This document shows, in pieces, positions 37,845 through 47,765 of a DNA stretch of 64,000 nt. Every line of letters begins with the position of its first letter. The stretch's first letter is position 1. A program made the translations under genes and the position numbers. The stretch covers positions 1 to 64,000 of IMG/VR virus record IMGVR_UViG_3300042308_001511. The stretch is one strand, 5' to 3'. The notes under the pieces were generated by a model. The model was not told where the DNA came from, ran no database searches, and saw only the letters and a program-made list of their open reading frames with translations.

Positions 37845-38570
37845 ATGAAATACAATGTAGTATCATTAGATCAATCACTTATATCAACCGCATTAGTAGT
37901 CGAAGGACCTTCTGGTATAAGAATGATAAATTATTGCCGTGAATCCGCAGCTGCCGGTAAAAAAGGTATGAAAAAATGGTTTAAACTAGCGGAACAACAC
38001 GTCGAATATCGTTTCATCGAATATAGAGAATATGCTAATTATTCGGAAGGTGAAATTATAAAACTGAAAGATTACGACCGAATAACAGATATGATAATCG
38101 ATGACATATTGGCAACGATTGACATAAATATACCTACAAAAGTGGGTATTGAAGGATACTCCTATGCGAGTTCGGCAGGTGATATAATTGACCTTGTTAC
38201 ATTTTCTACCTTACTTAGGAAAAAACTTTTTGACCGTGTATCAGAAGATATAACTGTTTTATCACCAGCAACACTAAAACTCGAAACGTGTAAACTCACA
38301 TACGATCCAATAGTAACCGAAACTGGTAAGAAAGTGAAAAAGTTAAAATACGAATGGAGAAACAATATGGGTATTGCCGGAGGAAGTTTTACAAAAACGG
38401 ATATGTTGATGGCCATAATTGATAACAAATCAATGCAAGGTGGTTGGGCAGAACATTGTCGTCAGGTAAAAGATGATTTACTTTCGGTATCCACAATTCC
38501 TAAACCATACGAGGATATAAATGATGCCTTTTTAATATACAACGTAATTAAATCAGAAAAGCCAGTTTAG
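37845..38570 (+). CDS. RuvC-like (RNase H fold) Holliday-junction resolvase
   Basis: VVSLDQSLISTAL, VGIEGYSY and EDINDAF give the D/E/D acidic triad. Confidence 0.7.
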   Translation: MKYNVVSLDQSLISTALVVEGPSGIRMINYCRESAAAGKKGMKKWFKLAEQHVEYRFIEYREYANYSEGEIIKLKDYDRITDMIIDDILATIDINIPTKVGIEGYSYASSAGDIIDLVTFSTLLRKKLFDRVSEDITVLSPATLKLETCKLTYDPIVTETGKKVKKLKYEWRNNMGIAGGSFTKTDMLMAIIDNKSMQGGWAEHCRQVKDDLLSVSTIPKPYEDINDAFLIYNVIKSEKPV

Positions 38571-38587
38571 AACTGGCTTTCTTTTTT
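38558..38587. terminator. Bidirectional terminator
   Basis: aaagccagtt-tag-aactggcttt between convergent genes. Confidence 0.75.
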
Positions 38588-38598
38588 ATATTATAAAA

Positions 38599-40302
38599 TT
38601 ATCTCCTTATTTTGGATTCGTTTATTCTTTTGAGTTCAATGTCCCAAACCCTTTTAGCCTCACCTTTCAAGAATGTATTTTTGAGGTATCCTGCAAGTTC
38701 GTAGTCCTCATCACGAACTGCCCTCTGTATCTCGTCCTGTATCTCTGCGGCAGTCATATCTTTGTATTCTTTATTATTTACCTCTTCCGGTTCTTCTTCA
38801 CCGGAAAGTGTTTGTCTTACAAGTCTATCAATCTCCGACTCAGGCTCTTCATCAGTCTTATATTCACCTTCTGATTCACTACCGAACTTTTGTTCCATCT
38901 CCCAGTTTCTCATCGCCTCTTCGTATTCTCCCCAGATTTTGTTGAATTCTGCGATTATCTTCTCAATCTCGTACTTAGCTTTACTCTCTGAGAACTTTTC
39001 TCTGTTGAGTATGAAACGTATCTTGCCGTTCTCCTCGGTTTTGTCGAACGATGAGAAAATCTCCTTCGTCATTTCGAGAAACTCCTCGTCGGTAAACTTA
39101 CCACCTCTTCCTTTGTCGAGTGCGAGTGAACCAAATATTCTCTCTTTCGCATTAGGAAATGTCGCTGCACCAGCACAATTGTTTACAAAACTAGAAAACA
39201 TTTGGTTAGCAAGAGGACCGTATCTGAACTCTTCTGCTTCATCTCTGTATGAAGAAGTAGCTCTTTTTATCTCTTTCGCCAATTCTGGATCCATTTTAAT
39301 CGCCGCAGATTGTAGAAGTATGTGAACTCCTTTTGTTGCCTCGTGTATCAACATAGGGAAATCTATTCCGTATGCCCTAATGACAATCTTGTTGTAGTCA
39401 GTATTCTCTTTTAGTAGAGACAAATTATTTAGCTTGTTTGAAAGTGATTCCCATTTAACACTTACAGAACCTGCTAATCCCTCTGGTGCATCTTTGAACA
39501 TTGCTTGTTTCCGTCCAATTGGAATGGTCCAGTCAAGTTTGTCTGCCTCGTCGGATATACCACACCACAATTTTAATATTCTCTCACCTTTCTCTTTACC
39601 GAATATCTTTTCGATACCATTCTTAGCGGTTTCCGATAGGCTTATTATGTCCTTGGTCGCCTTTCCAGCACCCTGTGTTATTGTGTTCAAGAGCTTCTTC
39701 TTATCAATCGCCAGTTTAACTTCTTTGTTAGATAATGTCTCAACATTTTCTTCTTCTGATTGTGTCGCTTCTTCTGGTTGTGTCGCTTCTTCTGGTGTCT
39801 CATCATCATCAAAAAAACTGAAGAAATCATCTTCTTCCTGTTCCTGTGATTGTTCCTCATCTGATTGTTCAGACTCTTGTGCGAACTCGTCCTGAGTCTC
39901 TTCCTCTTCTTCATCAGGTACCTCCTCTGCTACTTCCGACTTCTGTCTTAATTCTGGCATCTCAGAGATTACACTCTTTACCAACCTTATGTCAAGTTCT
40001 ACCGGCTTCTGTGATGCCCTCAACACAAAACCGAACTCTTCCATTATGACTTCTTTAGCAAGTTCATTAAGTTGTTTATACCTTTCTTCAACCTCTTTCT
40101 TACTACCCTCGTTCATCATCTCAGAGGATTGTGCCATCAGCGAACGGATGTTGCTAGGTCCTTCTCGGTCGATTCTGACTCCGAGGTTCTTTCTAGCCTC
40201 TTCCTCAGCAGACGACATAAAGTCAGATGGAAGACCTTTCGATTTTTTCAAGTTTGCCTCAACTAAAAACTGGTCGAAATCTTTTAATGTTTTCTTTTTC
40301 AT
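38599..40302 (-). CDS. Acidic protein with CTS-like N-terminus and C-terminal UVR-like motif
   Basis: MKKKTLKDFDQFLVEA; FPMLIHEATKG; IQRAVRDEDYELAGYL. Confidence 0.7.
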   Translation of the reverse strand: MKKKTLKDFDQFLVEANLKKSKGLPSDFMSSAEEEARKNLGVRIDREGPSNIRSLMAQSSEMMNEGSKKEVEERYKQLNELAKEVIMEEFGFVLRASQKPVELDIRLVKSVISEMPELRQKSEVAEEVPDEEEEETQDEFAQESEQSDEEQSQEQEEDDFFSFFDDDETPEEATQPEEATQSEEENVETLSNKEVKLAIDKKKLLNTITQGAGKATKDIISLSETAKNGIEKIFGKEKGERILKLWCGISDEADKLDWTIPIGRKQAMFKDAPEGLAGSVSVKWESLSNKLNNLSLLKENTDYNKIVIRAYGIDFPMLIHEATKGVHILLQSAAIKMDPELAKEIKRATSSYRDEAEEFRYGPLANQMFSSFVNNCAGAATFPNAKERIFGSLALDKGRGGKFTDEEFLEMTKEIFSSFDKTEENGKIRFILNREKFSESKAKYEIEKIIAEFNKIWGEYEEAMRNWEMEQKFGSESEGEYKTDEEPESEIDRLVRQTLSGEEEPEEVNNKEYKDMTAAEIQDEIQRAVRDEDYELAGYLKNTFLKGEAKRVWDIELKRINESKIRR

Positions 40303-40316
40303 TTATATAGTTGTTT

Positions 40317-40502
40317 TTATTCGAAATATGAGTCAATATCATTCTTCTCGGATTTGTCAAGATCAGAATATATTTTTGAAAGTCTTTCAACAACCTCATC
40401 AGAACCTGACATAGGAAGTTTATCTACCGGTTTATTTACAGACTTAGTCTTTGTCACAACCGCAGTTTCGAAGAACCTTACGTATTTGTTCAGGTATTTC
40501 AT
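40317..40502 (-). CDS. Small protein with CTS-like N-terminus
   Basis: MKYLNKYVRFFET; TAATATATA at 40525-40533. Confidence 0.6.
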   Translation of the reverse strand: MKYLNKYVRFFETAVVTKTKSVNKPVDKLPMSGSDEVVERLSKIYSDLDKSEKNDIDSYFE

Positions 40503-40588
40503 ATCTTAGTGTTTTTTTGTAGGTTATATATTAAAATGGTTTTGTGCTATTTAACATTTTATATATAGAGAAAATACAACGATATAAA

Positions 40589-41185
40589 ATGAAGAAATTC
40601 TCAGAAATCAAAAAGATAAAGAGGTTCAACGAAGCGGATGACGCTAATGATTTGAAGAACCTTTCAATCGAGGAGCTTAGAAAGCTTGCTGAAAAAGAGG
40701 GGCTTATAAAAAATGATGAAAACGAATCTAACGAAGATGAGAATTCACTTACTAAGCAACTTGTGGAACAACCGGTCGAAAATGAAAAGAATGAAGACAA
40801 TACATCAAGTAATCCTTCTAAATTCTTTTCTAAACTTTTCGAAAGTCGTGAGATGGCACATATTTACCACTTACAGGTTAATGGTGAGATGGGATCTCAT
40901 GCAAAACATACGGCACTTGGTGATTATTATGAAGGTGTTTTAGGTTTTATTGATGATATCATAGAAATATGGCAAGGTCAATATGGTATTATTGAAGAAT
41001 ATGATACTATCGATACTACAGAAACAAAAACTAAAGATACTATTGAATACTTTAATGAATTGGCAAGATTTATTAAGGAAGAAAGAAAATGTATTCCTGC
41101 GGAAGACACACATCTACATAATATTGTTGACGAAGTAGTTGCACTCGTATACAAAACATTGTATAAATTGAAATACAACAAATAA
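40589..41185 (+). CDS. Ferritin/Dps-like four-helix-bundle protein (DUF5856-like)
   Basis: AHIYHLQ...AKHTALGDYYE...DDIIE...LHNIVDEV...TLYKL; start moved to ATG 40589. Confidence 0.7.
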   Translation: MKKFSEIKKIKRFNEADDANDLKNLSIEELRKLAEKEGLIKNDENESNEDENSLTKQLVEQPVENEKNEDNTSSNPSKFFSKLFESREMAHIYHLQVNGEMGSHAKHTALGDYYEGVLGFIDDIIEIWQGQYGIIEEYDTIDTTETKTKDTIEYFNELARFIKEERKCIPAEDTHLHNIVDEVVALVYKTLYKLKYNK

Positions 41186-41212
41186 AAAAAGCCGACACTT
41201 AGTCGGCTTTTT
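41184..41212. terminator. Bidirectional terminator
   Basis: aaaaaaagccgac-actta-gtcggcttttt. Confidence 0.8.
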
Positions 41213-41456
41213 TGTTTATGTCTATTGTTCCGTAGAAGTTATTGTTGACCTGTGTTATGGCATACCTACTCTTCACTGAAGTTTTCGGGGAAAAGAAGTT
41301 GTCTTCTTTAGATGGGAAACCCCATAGTTCACTCATCAAAGACATCCTCCTTTGTGCGACCCAGTTGCCCAATTTGATGTTTTCTGCCATAACATATCGT
41401 GCCCATACGTATCCAGCTTCTAAACCTCCAGACTTTTTACCTACGACTTCACTCAT
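41199..41456 (-). CDS. Small protein resembling the C-terminus of the T4 gp23-type major capsid protein
   Basis: EAGYVWARYV...FSPKTSVKSRYA...FY versus gp23 DAGxxYxPYV...FQPxxGFKTRYG. Confidence 0.55.
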   Translation of the reverse strand: MSEVVGKKSGGLEAGYVWARYVMAENIKLGNWVAQRRMSLMSELWGFPSKEDNFFSPKTSVKSRYAITQVNNNFYGTIDINKKAD

Positions 41457-41496
41457 TTTAAAAATAATTCAATTAATTATTATGTGAATTTTTTAA

Positions 41497-41814
41497 CTAT
41501 TTGTTTTCGTCGAATAGATATTGTCTTCCATCATCAGAGTAAGATTGTAGACTTGTAACTGCGTTGTCAACTTTGTCTATTGCTTCGTCGATTGACCTTT
41601 TGACAATTCGAAGAGCATTTATTGTTGAATCTATTTGGTCCTCTTCTTTACCATCTGGTATTTGATATTCAACTAATTCGTTTATTAGTGAGTCTGTAGT
41701 GGTTTGTCTGTCCTTCAGTTGTGCTACGAAGTCTCCTAATTGATCTAATATTTCTCCTACCCTGTCATCGTCCATTCTTTTGACTTCTGACTCGTTGAAT
41801 CTCTTTATCCTCAT
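41497..41814 (-). CDS. Coiled-coil protein with CTS-like N-terminus
   Basis: MRIKRFNES followed by a helical hairpin. Confidence 0.65.
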   Translation of the reverse strand: MRIKRFNESEVKRMDDDRVGEILDQLGDFVAQLKDRQTTTDSLINELVEYQIPDGKEEDQIDSTINALRIVKRSIDEAIDKVDNAVTSLQSYSDDGRQYLFDENK

Positions 41815-41847
41815 AAAGTGTGTATAAAATTTTAATATATATAAAAT

Positions 41848-42528
41848 ATGAAAAGAGGTAACAAACTAATTCTCGAATTCACCGAATTCAATCTTCAGCG
41901 TTTCAATGACACTTCGGCACAACCTGCAGCACACGTAGATGATCCGAGTCTTTCTACAAACGCCTTTGATAAACATCAAGACGCAATACGTGCTGCAATG
42001 TCAAGATTAGACGATATTATGCACAGACTTGGTGGAACGAGTGTATATAAGAATCTTAGGAGTAAACTTGCATTGGAAAAACAGGACGTCAAAAATCTTG
42101 TAATACAAAGAATAGTTAAGATAAATAGTATATCTTACAACGCTTATATAAGTTTTGTAGTAGATGGTGAACAATACTGGGGAGTAGTTGAGAATATAAC
42201 CGGAACCGATCCAGTTATGAAGTCAGAAGTCTTCAAAGATCAAAGTCTTTATCAAGCAACAGAATGGGTTATAAAGATTAAGGGTATCATTATAAAAGCC
42301 ATAAAAGATTGGTTGAAGCCTGAACCAGGAATGTACAAATTGTTAGAAGATGATATATACTGTTACTCTGTCGAAACTGGGAAACAATTAGAAATGAAAT
42401 CTGGTATAGAAATCGAACTAATTAGATCACACGCAAACTATATTCTTGTAGAATATAGTGGTGATAAATATGAACTAAAAGGTGATAACTATATCTACTT
42501 TAATTGGTGGTTCGAAAAAATTGACTAA
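41848..42528 (+). CDS. Hypothetical protein with CTS-like N-terminus
   Basis: LILEFTEFNLQRFND; TAATATATA at 41833-41841. Confidence 0.7.
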   Translation: MKRGNKLILEFTEFNLQRFNDTSAQPAAHVDDPSLSTNAFDKHQDAIRAAMSRLDDIMHRLGGTSVYKNLRSKLALEKQDVKNLVIQRIVKINSISYNAYISFVVDGEQYWGVVENITGTDPVMKSEVFKDQSLYQATEWVIKIKGIIIKAIKDWLKPEPGMYKLLEDDIYCYSVETGKQLEMKSGIEIELIRSHANYILVEYSGDKYELKGDNYIYFNWWFEKID

Positions 42529-44051
42529 AATTTGAATCTGAATAACGCACTAATTGCACCAATTGTATATAACGCTGCTATTTGATTAGATTCATATACT
42601 CTTAACTTCTTCTGTGCCCAATAACCATCGGGTGAAGAAAGCATAACATCGTAACTAATAAACCTACCCGTCATTATATCATTACCAAATGGATCATATA
42701 TTGCAGAAAGTGGTCCATAATCATAGTCGTATATGAAGAAAAATATGTCACTACCAATTATGTTTTGTCTCATTACGTCTAATTTCAACTCTTTCTTTTC
42801 AACTACCAATTTATCAATTGATCTCAACAAAGAATTGTCTGCAATTGTAGATGATGTAAAACCGTAGAAGAAAGGATATACTCCAGTTATTGATGCAGTT
42901 GCTGTATTCGATTCGAGACCATCACTGGCGGTTATCCTAAATACGGTTGTGTTCTGTTCTATCGGAACTATTGCAATTCCTTTAGCAAGTCCTGTTACAG
43001 TTCTCGATGTACCCTTAATTGGTGGTATTTGGTTTGGATTCATATTCGACAACGCCGTTGGATATGTATCGTTTGACCGTTTGGTTATTTCGTACCTAAT
43101 ACTTATGTTTGGAGTGGAACCTATTTCTGGATACTCCATAGTCGGATCAACTAATCTAAGTGAACAAGTAGGTGGAAGATACCCATATACCATTCTTTCT
43201 AAAATATCAAAGATTGATCTATTACTGAAATTTTCTCCTAAGTTTATGTCACCTATATCTACAGGACAATATCTTGAATCTGAGAAGTCAAGTGAGTATC
43301 CGTTCAAATATGTCTCTAAACCATAAATCGGAACGACAGTGTTGGTCGCACCATAATATTTTGGATCTGTTGGTGTTAAACCCACTAAGGAAACTATTCC
43401 TGATGTATAAGTTAGTGCTCTAACTTCTGTTGTGTTTGTTTGATTTAGGTCCTGTATGTTTGAATATGTTATACCATTTATCGTCACATATCCACCCGGA
43501 TCGTTAGCACCTGGTCCTTTAGATAGAACGTTTATGTCACCCTGTGGATTTATAATTGATAAATCTAACCACCTATTACCTGCATTATTCGAAATCTGAC
43601 TTGCCTCTACCGATGGTTGTAATGAAACTATTGCAGATTGTGTACCTGTAAGAAAGGACATAACGGTTTTGTATTGTGTCCTAGATATATCACTTTTTGT
43701 GTTGTAAATTGTTATATCATTTGCAGATAAAATAGATGTATTAACTACTTCTTCTCCTAGATAGTGTCTTTTACCAAAATAAATTGGCATCTTCAGGTTC
43801 TGGTTAGTATTACCAATACCTATAAAATATTTATTACCAACTAAGTTTTCTTTGAAAGGTACACTATCATATAATGAAAGTATAGCATTTCTCAATTTTT
43901 CTGGATATATTAGTTTAGATGTATTATCCGGAATATCTGTAAAAACAGCGTCTTCTGTGAAATGATATGACTGAGTTGCAGGATTTGACAACTGCAGTGT
44001 GCTACCCACCGTTACCCATGCCGTTCCGCTATAGTTACTATACGTTGCCAT
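42525..44051 (-). CDS. Putative virion protein, paralogue of the upstream gene
   Basis: Start moved to ATG 44051 (TGATG coupling); shares PDNTSKLIxP and DPxG motifs with 44051..45688. Confidence 0.7.
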   Translation of the reverse strand: MATYSNYSGTAWVTVGSTLQLSNPATQSYHFTEDAVFTDIPDNTSKLIYPEKLRNAILSLYDSVPFKENLVGNKYFIGIGNTNQNLKMPIYFGKRHYLGEEVVNTSILSANDITIYNTKSDISRTQYKTVMSFLTGTQSAIVSLQPSVEASQISNNAGNRWLDLSIINPQGDINVLSKGPGANDPGGYVTINGITYSNIQDLNQTNTTEVRALTYTSGIVSLVGLTPTDPKYYGATNTVVPIYGLETYLNGYSLDFSDSRYCPVDIGDINLGENFSNRSIFDILERMVYGYLPPTCSLRLVDPTMEYPEIGSTPNISIRYEITKRSNDTYPTALSNMNPNQIPPIKGTSRTVTGLAKGIAIVPIEQNTTVFRITASDGLESNTATASITGVYPFFYGFTSSTIADNSLLRSIDKLVVEKKELKLDVMRQNIIGSDIFFFIYDYDYGPLSAIYDPFGNDIMTGRFISYDVMLSSPDGYWAQKKLRVYESNQIAALYTIGAISALFRFKF

Positions 44052-45688
44052 CAGAATTTTATTACAAAGTTGTTCGGCTCTGATATAGAGCAAGTAAGAC
44101 CACTAACCCATACTTTCCATTGTGACGTCTGTCCGTTTACGGTCTTTCCACTATTTATAGTAAGACCTCCATTTCGTGTGGTTGCACTAAAGAATGAGTT
44201 TGTTAAATCGGATGAATTGTGAAGTATGAACCCATTAGGATCATACATCTTAGAAATTGGTGTTGTAAATGTATTCTTTTCATATATCACATAAAAGTAT
44301 CCACTACCAGAATAGTTATTGAGTGATACACTACCACTTACACCCGGATATGGTGATATTTGTTTTTTTAAACTTTTTACTATGTTATTGAATGACGTAG
44401 TTATCGTTGTATTGTTTGTAGTGTTTATTGTTCCTTGTGTCATTCCGTAGTATATTGGCCATATGTGATTAATAGGTGCGGTTGAACTATATGAGAATCC
44501 AGTAGGATATGCGTTCCATGTGTTTCCGGGCATATCAGTTGCATTGAAAGAGTATAAAGATTGTGTTGGTGATGATACAGATCCTGCAACAAGTGATGCG
44601 ATTCCTGAAAAAGATGCACCAGGTATACCTGAGAATGAAAGTCCACGGTAAGTTGAGAGTGTCTCTGTGTTTCCAGTTTTTGAAGTTATTATATAATCGT
44701 TTAAATAATCATATTGATCTCTTGCATAAAGTGTCAAATCCCAGTTGAAGTTTATGTTTGTAGTAGTTCCAATCTCTACAAAAGGAATTCCACTCAAAAC
44801 ACTACTTGCAGTAACACTTATTGATGGTGGAACTTTCGGGTATAGTATCTTACGTATAACTTCACTTAGTGGCCATTTGCCACCATTAAAGGATGTCGCT
44901 GAAAAAGAGAATCCTGCAGGAACTCCACCTACTGCAATAGGAGTCATTGTTGGATTCACAAACTCTAATTCATATCCGTTTAGACTAACAGTTCCACCAT
45001 ATATGTTTGTAACTTTACCAGCATCACCGAGTTGTGATATTGTAACGTTGGAAGAGTCCCACTTTAGATATCCATTAGGGTAGTTACCTACATATCTTAA
45101 TATTTTTCCATCTGTTGCACCAGCGTTATCACTTACCTTAGGAAATCTTATCCCATTCAATGCCACATATCCAGTATTACTATAAAGGTTTATACTTCCA
45201 CCACCCAACTGAGGATTTCTTACATTGAAATCTATGTTACCCGTAGATGTGTTGTATTCGGAACCAATGTATGGTGCTGTTGAAAAAAGTGAACTATATG
45301 TTCCTGCAAGGAATCCAATATTAGTAGAGTTCTGTGATGCTGAATCCGAACGTGTATTGTATACGAATATATCAACGTTTTCGTCATTTAGAAGTGAACC
45401 AGACATTATGTCCAGTGAACCATAACTTCTTTTACCAAGAACTATCTTTTGTTTTATGTCTCTGTTTCCGGGGTTACCAGAATCTATACCTATGTATTCT
45501 ACACCGGCTATAGTTCTCGTCTGTTTTATCGGAGAGGACGCCCAAGTTGTAAGTACCGCGTCTCTGACGTCACGTGGGCTTATTAACTTGCTGGTGTTGT
45601 CTGGGAGTTCCTTCAATATAGTAGTTATATCATCTTTGACCGATGACTCGAATTGAGTACCCATATTCACGCTGTAGGTTGCAGGCAT
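44051..45688 (-). CDS. Putative virion protein
   Basis: 545 aa, S/T/G-rich; TAATATATA at 45709-45717. Confidence 0.7.
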   Translation of the reverse strand: MPATYSVNMGTQFESSVKDDITTILKELPDNTSKLISPRDVRDAVLTTWASSPIKQTRTIAGVEYIGIDSGNPGNRDIKQKIVLGKRSYGSLDIMSGSLLNDENVDIFVYNTRSDSASQNSTNIGFLAGTYSSLFSTAPYIGSEYNTSTGNIDFNVRNPQLGGGSINLYSNTGYVALNGIRFPKVSDNAGATDGKILRYVGNYPNGYLKWDSSNVTISQLGDAGKVTNIYGGTVSLNGYELEFVNPTMTPIAVGGVPAGFSFSATSFNGGKWPLSEVIRKILYPKVPPSISVTASSVLSGIPFVEIGTTTNINFNWDLTLYARDQYDYLNDYIITSKTGNTETLSTYRGLSFSGIPGASFSGIASLVAGSVSSPTQSLYSFNATDMPGNTWNAYPTGFSYSSTAPINHIWPIYYGMTQGTINTTNNTTITTSFNNIVKSLKKQISPYPGVSGSVSLNNYSGSGYFYVIYEKNTFTTPISKMYDPNGFILHNSSDLTNSFFSATTRNGGLTINSGKTVNGQTSQWKVWVSGLTCSISEPNNFVIKF

Positions 45689-45716
45689 CTGAATCTATGT
45701 TTTTTCGTTATATATT

Positions 45717-45753
45717 AAAAAAGAAGTGCCCGGTGATGAACCGGGCACTTCTT
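45717..45753 (-). terminator. Intrinsic terminator
   Basis: aagaagtgcccgg-tgatgaa-ccgggcacttctt with an A-tract on the left. Confidence 0.8.
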
Positions 45754-45764
45754 ATTAGTTTTTA

Positions 45765-46166
45765 TTAGTCAAAAAGAAACTCAATTTTTATTAGATCCTT
45801 TATTTTAGCAGTTTTTAACTCAAGCTCTTCAAACTTTACCTTATCAAAAGGTATCTCATTCTCTATATTCATAAGAGAGTTCATCTCTTCTGAGAATGAT
45901 TGTGGATTTATTATATTTACTGCACCTGGAATTACATTACCCGATTCGTCTAACGCTTGTGATGGATTACCTTCTTCATCTTTCTGTGTCCACTTATCAA
46001 GTATTTTTCGTTCCATTTTAATCTTATCCTCCACTATTGAGTTTAATTCTTTTATAATTCTGGTTAATTTGAACGCAGTTACTGCGTTTATGTCCATTTC
46101 TATAAGTTGGTTAAGTGCAGAAATCGTCTCTTCAGTTAATTGTGAATTTTTGACTACTAATGACAT
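45765..46166 (-). CDS. Hypothetical helical protein (tail-assembly-chaperone/DUF1617-like)
   Basis: ALNQLIEMDINAVTAFKLTRIIKEL pattern. Confidence 0.5.
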   Translation of the reverse strand: MSLVVKNSQLTEETISALNQLIEMDINAVTAFKLTRIIKELNSIVEDKIKMERKILDKWTQKDEEGNPSQALDESGNVIPGAVNIINPQSFSEEMNSLMNIENEIPFDKVKFEELELKTAKIKDLIKIEFLFD

Positions 46167-46201
46167 ATTATTTTATTTTATTTTTTTATATTCTTATTTT
46201 A

Positions 46202-46909
46202 CTATTTGTTTAAAAGTTCTATTCTCGATTTGGCAATTTCATAATAACTAGAATCTCTTTCAACGGATATATGTTGACGTCCCGAAACTAAACAAGCATG
46301 TGCAACTGTTCCTGAACCTGAGAAAGTATCCAAAACTAAATCACCTGGATTTGAATGTTTCTCTAATATTTCCTTAATCAAAGAAATTGGTTTTTGAGTC
46401 GGATGATTCAGTTTCTCCCATTTTGTTATAGTAGGATGTTTGTAAATACCATTATCGTATTCTGAATTGAACGTCGGTTTCTTTCCTTTTACGAAAGTGA
46501 AAAAAAACTCTACCGAATTAGAAAGGTAGTTTCTCTTAGAGTTTATCGGAACTGGATTGGCTTTCTGCCATTGACACACTCTTGGTTGTTTGAAACCCGC
46601 AGTTTCTGCTAATTGTTTTAAAACACCTGCTTTCCAAAAATCGTAGAAGATTGCTAATGTTCCACCAGGTTTAAGTATTCTATAGTATTCTACCATAAGT
46701 GTGGCTATGTCTATATCCTCTCTATCCCAATCACCAAAATCCATAGTTATATCACCGTATTTTACGGCCATCTCTTCGGTTGTGTTACCACTAAATTGTC
46801 CGAATGCAGACTTTCTGGATATTCCATAAGGTGGATCAACCAATATAAGGTCGACCGACTTAGTAATTATATCAGGTAGAACGTTGAAACAATCATCGTG
46901 TATAAGCAT
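46202..46909 (-). CDS. Amino-DNA methyltransferase (N6-A/N4-C, beta class)
   Basis: DPPY catalytic motif, HPTQKP, VLDTFSGSGT SAM-binding motif. Confidence 0.92.
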   Translation of the reverse strand: MLIHDDCFNVLPDIITKSVDLILVDPPYGISRKSAFGQFSGNTTEEMAVKYGDITMDFGDWDREDIDIATLMVEYYRILKPGGTLAIFYDFWKAGVLKQLAETAGFKQPRVCQWQKANPVPINSKRNYLSNSVEFFFTFVKGKKPTFNSEYDNGIYKHPTITKWEKLNHPTQKPISLIKEILEKHSNPGDLVLDTFSGSGTVAHACLVSGRQHISVERDSSYYEIAKSRIELLNK

Positions 46910-46994
46910 ATTCGAATATATATTCGACGAGAGTCTGTCCCAAAAATATATACTTAAATACTTATCTAAAAGTGTTCAAAAAAAATTAGCTCAA

Positions 46995-47765
46995 ATGAGT
47001 CTACTTAAGAAAATACAAAATATGTTATCGAAAAGAAAACATATTGATGTAAAAATATTACCATCACAAGGTTTTTTTTACGAGTCGGATTTCAAGATTC
47101 ATATAAAGAGAGCAGAAGATGAAGACATTGCAGATTATGAAAATGAGTTCAATAAAGAAAACATTGGTGCTATATTGAGCAAATTAAAGATGATAGTTGA
47201 AAGAAACACAATAATTCGTGGTAATTATGACTTTAATCACATTAGAAGTATAGATGTTGTATATCTTTTTCTCGAAATTGTTAAGTTCACAAAAAATAAA
47301 TCTATTATTATAGAATATTGGGACGATGAAAATGGTACAAACAATAGTTTAGAATTCTCTACTGAGAATTTCAATTACTTCGAATTGGATGAAAATTTGT
47401 TGGAATCTTGGAATACCGAATTTAGGAGTTTTGATATCGATGGATACAAATACAAACTTCCTTCTATCGGAATAGAAAACTCAGTTACTGCGTATCTAAT
47501 AGAAAAGTCATACGAACAAAATGCTGAGAAGTTTAACGAATATAATTACAACTTCACGTACTTCCTCGGTAATAAAGATACGTTGAGTTTTCAGGAAATA
47601 GAAAATCTAATACAAATATTCAACTTCGATATAGATCGAGAAGAGAGAATTTTAATAGACAAAATTGTATCAAATATGAACTCGATACAGAAATATTCAC
47701 TAAGAAAAGGCAAGCGTGTTATAGATCTTAATGCCAAACTCAACCTGGAAAAAATCTGGAAATAA
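46995..47765 (+). CDS. T4 gp26-like baseplate hub assembly protein
   Basis: LPSQGFFY...IHIKRA...D..YLFLEI pattern; probable start ATG 46995. Confidence 0.55.
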   Translation: MSLLKKIQNMLSKRKHIDVKILPSQGFFYESDFKIHIKRAEDEDIADYENEFNKENIGAILSKLKMIVERNTIIRGNYDFNHIRSIDVVYLFLEIVKFTKNKSIIIEYWDDENGTNNSLEFSTENFNYFELDENLLESWNTEFRSFDIDGYKYKLPSIGIENSVTAYLIEKSYEQNAEKFNEYNYNFTYFLGNKDTLSFQEIENLIQIFNFDIDREERILIDKIVSNMNSIQKYSLRKGKRVIDLNAKLNLEKIWK

